Shown here: one piece after another, positions 6,538 through 12,736 of the stretch | Layout: each line of letters opens with the position of its first letter | Numbering within the stretch: the first letter of the stretch is position 1 | Origin: an uncultured virus (IMG/VR IMGVR_UViG_3300031993_000052) | Lineage: Duplodnaviria; Heunggongvirae; Uroviricota; Caudoviricetes | IMG/VR virus record: IMGVR_UViG_3300031993_000052 | Span: 55,478 to 75,477 of that record | DNA: 20,000 bases | Direction: 5' to 3' (one strand) | The notes under the pieces: generated by a model | Seen by the model: only the letters and a program-made list of their open reading frames with translations | What the model was told of the DNA's origin: nothing | The model's database searches: none | Translations under genes and position numbers: made by a program

Positions 6538-7362
6538 ATTTTTTATTTTTTGTATTATATTTTTAATGAATCGTTCTTTACATTCTTTTGGCATTTTTTT
6601 ATACCGAGACCATCTTATTCTAAATAAACACGTCCATCCATTTTTTTGTAATACTTCAGTTCGTTTTTTGTCGTGTTTAACAATACGCTTGTCCAAATAA
6701 TGTTGTTCCCCATCAACTTCAAAATATGTTTTTGTTATTGGAAATGCAAAATCCAAAAAATACCCAAATTGATAATAATTTTGTTCATATTCAATATGTT
6801 CATCATTCAAAATTTGCTTAAAATACTTTTCACAATAACTATCACCGTGTGAATGATGATTTAATACATAAGGAACTTTATTCGGGTGCTTTTTCAAATA
6901 CTTTTTTCTAATATCAGAAAGGTGCTGTTTTTCTTGTTCAGTATGCTTTATTCCTTTTTGTGGACTTTTTAATTCACCGTTTTCATAACGGAGTTTAAGT
7001 GAAATTGCTGCTTGTTTAACACGCTCATCTGTCTCTTTTGTTAAACCTTTGTTCCACGGACGCTTACCCATCATACCATTACGATATACTCTATTTTTGT
7101 TTTGTGGACACTTACATTCGTGTGCTTTAAGTGATTTTACACTATAACATTGTTTTCCACAGTATTTACAAACAAGACTTTCATCTTTGTCGTAATGATA
7201 ATTTTCATTACTATGTTTTTTTGAATATACCGCATAACCACAAACGTGATTTTCCAAAGGTTTTCTATTTGGATTCAACTTACAAGTTCTTTCGTGAATA
7301 CCCAATGCACAAGAACGTTTTAACATTTTGTTACAATACCTACAAATATACATCATTTCCAA
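6523..7362 (-). CDS. Putative free-standing homing endonuclease (zinc fingers + NUMOD3-like + DUF559/Vsr-like nuclease)
   Basis: Two CxxC...H...C fingers, PWNKGLTKETDERV and KHTEQEK motifs, C-terminal FLDFAF...FEVDGEQH; visibly AT-richer than its neighbours. Confidence 0.8.
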   Translation of the reverse strand: MEMMYICRYCNKMLKRSCALGIHERTCKLNPNRKPLENHVCGYAVYSKKHSNENYHYDKDESLVCKYCGKQCYSVKSLKAHECKCPQNKNRVYRNGMMGKRPWNKGLTKETDERVKQAAISLKLRYENGELKSPQKGIKHTEQEKQHLSDIRKKYLKKHPNKVPYVLNHHSHGDSYCEKYFKQILNDEHIEYEQNYYQFGYFLDFAFPITKTYFEVDGEQHYLDKRIVKHDKKRTEVLQKNGWTCLFRIRWSRYKKMPKECKERFIKNIIQKIKNATVA

Positions 7363-7372
7363 TATATTATTA

Positions 7373-7380
7373 TATTTATA
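7373..7380 (-). promoter_or_regulatory. T4-type late promoter TATAAATA
   Basis: Exact motif just upstream of the endonuclease ORF. Confidence 0.6.
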
Positions 7381-7409
7381 AGTACGCTAACATTGAGTTA
7401 TCATCATTG

Positions 7410-7482
7410 TAGCGGGAGCAGGACTCGAACCTGCGATTACGAGATTATGAGACTCGTGAGATGACCACTTCTCCATCCCGCT
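7410..7482 (-). tRNA. tRNA-Met(CAU), initiator-like body
   Basis: AGCGGGATGGAG start resembles fMet; arm CGAGT-CTCATAA-TCTCG lacks the three consecutive G-C pairs; 1-72 paired. Confidence 0.85.
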
Positions 7483-7488
7483 ATGTTT

Positions 7489-7558
7489 ACAAGGTGGCAT
7501 AACCATTAACCTTAAATTAAATAAATACTATGGAAACTGTTTTGCTGAAAACCACCTT
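7489..7558 (-). ncRNA. CAGCAA-module RNA copy 6
   Basis: AAAGGTGGTTTTCAGCAA...CCACCTTGT. Confidence 0.7.
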
Positions 7559-7563
7559 TCTTG

Positions 7564-7637
7564 CTGGGATGGAGGGACTTGAACCCCCGACTTACGGATT
7601 AACAGTCCGCCGTTCTGACCAACTGAACTACATCCCA
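7564..7637 (-). tRNA. tRNA-Asn(GUU)
   Basis: GCGGA-CTGTTAA-TCCGT; G73. Confidence 0.95.
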
Positions 7638-7643
7638 TTGTTG

Positions 7644-7718
7644 TGGGCAAGGCAGGACTTGAACCTGCGACCCCCGCCTTATCAGAGCGGTGTTCTGACC
7701 AAACTGAACTACTTGCCC
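7644..7718 (-). tRNA. tRNA-Ile(GAU)
   Basis: CCGCT-CTGATAA-GGCGG. Confidence 0.95.
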
Positions 7719-7796
7719 GTGAAAATTGAGTTGGTTTATGGTCTAACTCAAGACTAACGACCGCTCTTATTATGAAAAACAATAATATGGTTTTTG

Positions 7797-7880
7797 TGGT
7801 CGGGGCGGGAATTGAACCCGCACGTCCTTTCGGACAAAGGTTTTTGAGACCTTCGCGTCTACCAATTCCGCCACCCGACC
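7797..7880 (-). tRNA. tRNA-Leu(CAA)
   Basis: AAGGT-CTCAAAA-ACCTT; long variable arm. Confidence 0.95.
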
Positions 7881-7923
7881 GCAGGCGTCAATGCGGCAAA
7901 GAGAGCGTAAAAAGGATTTATAG

Positions 7924-8004
7924 TGCGTCAGAAAGGACTCGAACCTTCACGCCTCTCGGCATCGGTTCCTAAAACCGACGTGTCTGCCATTCCACCACAG
8001 ACGC
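7924..8004 (-). tRNA. tRNA-Leu(UAG)
   Basis: TCGGT-TTTAGGA-ACCGA; long variable arm. Confidence 0.95.
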
Positions 8005-8009
8005 ATTTT

Positions 8010-8063
8010 ACAAGATACTTAAAATTTCCTATAATTTTTTTAATAGATTGCTGAATGTATCTT
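8010..8063 (-). ncRNA. CAGCAA-module RNA copy 7 (short)
   Basis: AAAGATACATTCAGCAA...GTATCTTGT. Confidence 0.7.
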
Positions 8064-8072
8064 TATTTCTCG

Positions 8073-8150
8073 CGTACCGTACGGGACTCGAACCCGCATT
8101 TACCTCCGTCACGATGACAGCGTGCTTACCGCTATTACACCAAACGATAC
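8073..8150 (-). ncRNA. Aberrant tRNA (possibly Asp-derived) with rearranged anticodon arm
   Basis: Intact acceptor, D and T arms, G73; anticodon arm CTGTCA-TCG-TGACGG has no U33-type 7-nt loop. Confidence 0.65.
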
Positions 8151-8226
8151 TGACGGGAGATTGAACGCTAAAGAATGCGGTATCGCGATTACCGCGAAGC
8201 GTCTTGTACAACCTTTGTCCCGTTTG

Positions 8227-8298
8227 CGGTCACACTGGGAATCGAACCCAAATCTCGTGATAGACAGTCACGCATCTTAACCTTTAGACGATGCGACC
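8227..8298 (-). tRNA. tRNA-Asp(GUC), atypical U37
   Basis: CGTGA-CTGTCTA-TCACG; G73. Confidence 0.93.
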
Positions 8299-8624
8299 GT
8301 TTGTCGGTTTATGTCCGCGCCTCTCCACGACGCTTCCAATCTTTTGCATAATTTCAGCGATTTATACACGCAGTTCCGACTACTTTGCGTGTGCCCCGTA
8401 AAAATGTGGAACATACATCTACGGACATAACTCCCCGCAGCGGAGCAGGCGTTTTTTCACGCAACGCCCCTTGCGTACCATTACGGCGGTATTGGAGACG
8501 CCGCAAGGAATTTGACCGTTTTTATGGAGACCGCCACCTGACAGGCGGTTTGTCCAATTTCTTTTTAGAATGCGGATTTCCGATAACCTTGCATTCCATT
8601 TTAAGCGTTTTTAACTTGTCAGGA

Positions 8625-8665
8625 TTTTTGGCGCGTGTTACGCCGTTTTTGGCGCGTGTTACGCC
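8625..8665. repeat. 20-bp direct tandem repeat, 2 copies
   Basis: tttttggcgcgtgttacgcc at 8625-8644 and 8646-8665. Confidence 0.85.
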
Positions 8666-8715
8666 CACGCCTTACGACCGCGACGCGAACTTATAAGAAC
8701 GCACCGGGGGATTTG

Positions 8716-8788
8716 AGCCGCAGGGGAGACTTGAACTCCCAACTTTCGGTTTACAAAACCGATACTCTACCAGTTGAGTTACAGCGGC
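8716..8788 (-). tRNA. tRNA-Thr(UGU)
   Basis: TCGGT-TTTGTAA-ACCGA; U73. Confidence 0.95.
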
Positions 8789-8895
8789 ATTTGAAGGGGT
8801 GGATGCTCACTGATGGTGGGACGCCGCTGAATTTTGTGCGTATATGCCCGACCTGTTCGTTTTACATACACCCCTTTTAGGTGTTTGCTTTCTGC

Positions 8896-8940
8896 CAATA
8901 TGTCAAAGAACTTTCGTTCGTCGGCGGCGTTAAGACCGCC
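8896..8940 (-). promoter_or_regulatory. rRNA-type antitermination leader (boxB hairpin + boxA)
   Basis: GGCGG-TCTTAACG-CCGCC hairpin followed by AAGTTCTTTGACATATTG at the head of the tRNA array. Confidence 0.7.
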
Positions 8941-8996
8941 TGCATTTGAATATAATAAAAAAAATCAACTTTTTTACAGATATTGAAAAAAATCTC

Positions 8997-9034
8997 AAAA
9001 AAAAATCGGAGGTTGCTTTCACATACCTCCGATT
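8997..9034 (-). terminator. Intrinsic terminator upstream of the tRNA array leader
   Basis: AATCGGAGG-loop-CCTCCGATT followed by a T run. Confidence 0.7.
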
Positions 9035-9058
9035 CTATTTGGTTTCAGTGGGGTATGG

Positions 9059-9211
9059 TCATTCTTCCTTTGAGTATTCATTATCTTGTTTCTGTCCGAA
9101 ACTTGCACCATTGCCGTCAAAAATGCCGCAATACGCCTGTTTCGGGGATATGTGCTTCCCTGTTTTTGGCGTGCGGTTGTCGGTTGCGATGTTTGTTTTG
9201 GAAAGAATCAT
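9059..9211 (-). CDS. Possible 50-aa small protein
   Basis: ATG at 9211 with A-rich leader, between TATAAATA (9241-9248) and the terminator at 9034. Confidence 0.3.
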   Translation of the reverse strand: MILSKTNIATDNRTPKTGKHISPKQAYCGIFDGNGASFGQKQDNEYSKEE

Positions 9212-9331
9212 TGAGTTCTTTTTATTATTTTTTCGGAATATATTTATACAAGTGTTTTTGCACTGTTTCCAATGGGTGTGAAAATGGTGCAAAACCTCTG
9301 AAAATGAATATATCGCAGATATATCTGACAT

Positions 9332-9363
9332 AAAAAAAGCGTGTGGGTGCACACACGCTTTTT
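9332..9363 (-). terminator. Intrinsic terminator of the AAA/VWA block
   Basis: AAAAAGCGTGTG/CACACGCTTTTT hairpin with T tract about 20 nt after the stop codon. Confidence 0.8.
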
Positions 9364-9384
9364 GTCTTGTTTTGGAAGTTTTTG

Positions 9385-11715
9385 TTACTTTTCAGTGTCG
9401 TTGAGTTCTATGTAGCATTTTTTCAGTTGGTCGTAATCCGGTTCAATGCACCAAGACAGGTATCCAAGTAGTTGTTCTTTGATGTCGTGCTCGTATATGA
9501 CAAACATAATTTTGTTTTTCATAGGCAGTAGTTTCTTCAAAGGAGTGACGTCCCAAAAGCCGCCGTCAGTCAAAAACAACCATACTGAATTTCTGTCGCT
9601 CTGTCTTGTTTTCAAGATATAGTCAACACAGTCTTTCACTTCGGTTCCACCACCTGCGTCGTTGTTCGTTGCCATTTCGATGACAAGTTTCATTGCTGCC
9701 TCCTTGTTTTTCTTCACCTCATCGGCAACCATATATATACCTGATTTGAGGTCTATTGTGTCTGCGAACGGGATGAGTGTGATTCCGCTGTATTGGAGTT
9801 TTGTACAGCAATTCACCAAAGTGTCGGCAAAGAGTTCAACAACGTCAAGGTTGACAGACCCTGATGTATCCACAAACACGTTGATGTTTTGTGGGGCGGC
9901 GTCTCCCTTCGGGTGATATGGGCGCATAAGGTCGTGTGCAAGCACTCGCTTGTCACCCCATCTTGTACGGGTGTTGTCTTTGAGTTTGTGTTTTCTGTTG
10001 GCATAGATTGTGTTTGCTTCAAGGAATATCTTTACGATTTCATCCCACATTTTATGGATAGTGGTATCGTTCATCTTTATCCTTCTGCAAATTTTCCCGA
10101 TTGCTGATTTGGGTTTTTGTCTGATGATGTTGTTTCGCAATTCTTTCACCTCTTCCCTTGAAATGACGTTCTTTGAAGCGACTTCGGTGAGTGTTTCTTC
10201 AATTTCCCTGTCGCTGAAACCGCTGTTTTTCAAAGCGCCTTTCAGTTTCTCCTTAACTTCGGACTGCTTTACGATTTTTCCGACTGCTGTCGGTTTGAAT
10301 TTATAATCACCCCTTATTTGCGGACGAAGTTCCTTGCGCTTTTGGTTTTTGTTTTTTCTTGCGGCAGACCTGTTTATTTTTCCGCCGCCGCCTGCACCAA
10401 GTCCTTTTTCACCGTAATTCTTTGAATTTCCACCGCTTCCGCCGTTTGTGCGTTTGCCGTCACGATTGCCTTCTTTGTTTTGTTGACTGCCTTGACTTCC
10501 CTGTTGGTCGCTTTGCTGACTGCCTTGCTGACCGCCTTGTTGGTTGTCTTGCTGACCGCCTTGCTGACTGCCTTGCTGACTGCCTTGTTGGTTGTTTGAA
10601 AAATCACCCATAGCGTTGTCGGCGGAATTTACGGCGTCGTCTGCCGATTGTTGTGCATTTTCATTTTCATCGCGTGCTTTCTGTGCTTCCCGTCTTGCCT
10701 TGTTTACATCGCCGTTTTCAGACGCTTCAAATGCCTTGTCCGCGGCTTCTTGTGCGGCGTTTGCTGCATCCTGCGCCTTGTCAGCGAGTTCCTGTGTTTT
10801 ATCGGCGAGTTCCTGTGCCTTGTCCGCTTTGTTTTTTGCATCTTTGTATTTGGGGGAATCTTCGCCGAAACGGGATTTCGCCTTTCTTGCATTGTCTCTT
10901 GCGTCATCGGCAAGTTCCTGTGCGTCGTTTGCCGCGTCCTGTGCGTCGTTTGCCGCGTCCTGTGCTGCGTTGGCTGCGTTCTGTGCTGCACTTGCGGCAT
11001 CCTGTGCATTCATTTTTGAAACATCCCTGTTGTCGGAGTCGCTTCCGTATTTTTCAAGGGATTCCTTTGCCGCGTCCTGTGACATCCAAGATTCCATAGC
11101 GGCGTCCTGTGCTGCGTTTTTCGCATCCTGTGCTGCATTCTGCGCGTTCTTCGCTTCTTTTCTTGCAGTTTCGTCGTCACCGTTTTGTGCGGCGGATTTT
11201 GATTTGTTTGCTGCATTCTGCGCAGCGTTTGCTGCGTCCTGTGCTTCTTGTGCTGCTTTTTTTGCATCTTTTGCCGATTCGTTTGCTTCATCGGCAAGTG
11301 CCTTTGCGTCTTTATACTCATCGGAGCTTTCGCCAAATTCAGACTTGATTTCCTCTGCTGTGTTCTGTGCGTTCTCGGCTGCGTTCTTTGCGGACTGTGC
11401 TGCGTTGGATGCCTTGTCAGCATCTTTCTGCGCCCTGTCCGCTGCATTCTGTGCCTCGTTTGCTGCGTCGTCCGCGTTCATTTCCGAAACATCGGCGTCG
11501 TTGACGTCGTTGCTTTCACCCTGACCATTTTGTGGAACGATTGGTTTTTCCTTGTCTGTTTCTGGTTTTGGTTCGTTGTTTTGGTCTTCGTTGGAACCTC
11601 CGCCAAGCAATGCGTTTTGAAGTTCACTCACGGCATCGTCAAACCCCTGTTCGAGACCACTTTCGTATGTCGAGTATTCTTTTGGTGCAACTGAATTTTC
11701 ATTTATTATTTTCAT
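9385..11715 (-). CDS. Coiled-coil repeat protein with C-terminal VWA domain (DUF2201 C-terminal-like)
   Basis: MIDAS motifs VFVDTSGSV, GGGT, LFLTDG; duplicated Ala-rich heptad region; Q/G linker; SD AAGGAG. Confidence 0.85.
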   Translation of the reverse strand: MKIINENSVAPKEYSTYESGLEQGFDDAVSELQNALLGGGSNEDQNNEPKPETDKEKPIVPQNGQGESNDVNDADVSEMNADDAANEAQNAADRAQKDADKASNAAQSAKNAAENAQNTAEEIKSEFGESSDEYKDAKALADEANESAKDAKKAAQEAQDAANAAQNAANKSKSAAQNGDDETARKEAKNAQNAAQDAKNAAQDAAMESWMSQDAAKESLEKYGSDSDNRDVSKMNAQDAASAAQNAANAAQDAANDAQDAANDAQELADDARDNARKAKSRFGEDSPKYKDAKNKADKAQELADKTQELADKAQDAANAAQEAADKAFEASENGDVNKARREAQKARDENENAQQSADDAVNSADNAMGDFSNNQQGSQQGSQQGGQQDNQQGGQQGSQQSDQQGSQGSQQNKEGNRDGKRTNGGSGGNSKNYGEKGLGAGGGGKINRSAARKNKNQKRKELRPQIRGDYKFKPTAVGKIVKQSEVKEKLKGALKNSGFSDREIEETLTEVASKNVISREEVKELRNNIIRQKPKSAIGKICRRIKMNDTTIHKMWDEIVKIFLEANTIYANRKHKLKDNTRTRWGDKRVLAHDLMRPYHPKGDAAPQNINVFVDTSGSVNLDVVELFADTLVNCCTKLQYSGITLIPFADTIDLKSGIYMVADEVKKNKEAAMKLVIEMATNNDAGGGTEVKDCVDYILKTRQSDRNSVWLFLTDGGFWDVTPLKKLLPMKNKIMFVIYEHDIKEQLLGYLSWCIEPDYDQLKKCYIELNDTEK
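10481..10590 (-). repeat. 12-bp coding tandem repeat (GSQQ/GGQQ)
   Basis: ttgctgactgcc / ttgctgaccgcc units. Confidence 0.8.
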
Positions 11716-11792
11716 AATTGTCTCCTTTTATTGAATCTAATGGAAACGTGGATGTTTCCGTTGTTTTCTCTGTGTGTTTGCTAATGGCAGGG

Positions 11793-12680
11793 TTATTCTT
11801 CGCTGACAATCCCCTTGATTTCGTCGATTGACTTCATTATGTCGCCGTTGTTGTTTGCGGTTATGTTGTCGATTTCTGTCAAGGTTCCTGAAACGTTGCG
11901 GTTGTTTTTTCTGTACAGTTTGCGTATGAGTTCCCTTGCTTCTTTGTGACCTTTTTTCCAATCACTCGTTGTAGGTATTTTCCCCTGTTGCTTCCGTTGC
12001 TGATTTTGTTTCTGATTTTGTTGTTGCTGCGACCTTGGTGAAATTGATTTTTCCTTTTTGAATTGGTCTACAATGTTTCTGTAGTATTCAATTATGGTTT
12101 CAAACGGGCGACCGATGACATTTTCATCATAGCAACCTTTTTGCTTTATCCAAAAATCCTTTGTACACACTTTGTCCGTGACCATCATAGTGTTTATTTC
12201 CAAATCACCTGCAATGTTCATATCTTCCCACGTCGCTTTCTGCATACTGTGCTCATTCCACATTTTCATTCTATGAATGTGTTCGAGCATAGCGTGCATT
12301 GCCTCGTGGTACAATATGTTGAAAACATTCATCATATTCATACCCAATCCATAAGGTGACGGAAGGTACAGGAAACTTATGTTGATGTAATACACCATAT
12401 TTGCGTCCACCATCATAGTCGGGCAAAATTCAAGGTCGCTGACGTATATGATTGTGGCGTTTCTGAAGAACGTGTATTCGTCAGGATATTTGTTTTTGAA
12501 ATATGCGAGGGCGCCGTTCACCAAGTCCACGAAATCGTGTCCTTCCACGAGTTTGCCGTCAAGCATCTGTATTTTTCCGAGTCTTATCAACGCCTTTGCA
12601 TTCCCGCCTTCGATGTTGTTGTAACTTTCCAATATCGCGGAATACTGCGTTGTGTTGAATATGTAATTTTTCATAATCAT
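11793..12680 (-). CDS. Putative zincin metallopeptidase (DUF2201 N-terminal-like)
   Basis: ILYHEAMHAMLEH followed by NIAGDLEIN; upstream PTMMVD. Confidence 0.8.
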   Translation of the reverse strand: MIMKNYIFNTTQYSAILESYNNIEGGNAKALIRLGKIQMLDGKLVEGHDFVDLVNGALAYFKNKYPDEYTFFRNATIIYVSDLEFCPTMMVDANMVYYINISFLYLPSPYGLGMNMMNVFNILYHEAMHAMLEHIHRMKMWNEHSMQKATWEDMNIAGDLEINTMMVTDKVCTKDFWIKQKGCYDENVIGRPFETIIEYYRNIVDQFKKEKSISPRSQQQQNQKQNQQRKQQGKIPTTSDWKKGHKEARELIRKLYRKNNRNVSGTLTEIDNITANNNGDIMKSIDEIKGIVSEE

Positions 12681-12698
12681 TCCTTTTATTTGACAGGA

Positions 12699-12724
12699 AA
12701 CGGGGTTCTTGAAGGAACCCCGTT
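12699..12724 (-). terminator. Intergenic hairpin (weak terminator or stabiliser)
   Basis: AACGGGGTTC/GAACCCCGTT 10-bp stem, short U tract. Confidence 0.45.
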
Positions 12725-12736
12725 CATTCCGTTCCG

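Noticed and set aside
7924..8004. Amber suppressor tRNA or stop-codon recoding
   Set aside because: Anticodon UAG reads CUA (Leu); no CUA or UCA anticodon was found and the long ORFs are intact in the standard code
1276..8880. Numerous 60-200 aa ORFs across the RNA island (other than 6523-7362)
   Set aside because: They overlap tRNAs or structured spacers, mostly use non-ATG starts and show no protein-like motifs
10592..11524. 310-aa plus-strand ORF and other antisense ORFs over 9385-19993
   Set aside because: Shadows of the minus-strand genes, favoured by Ala-rich repeats
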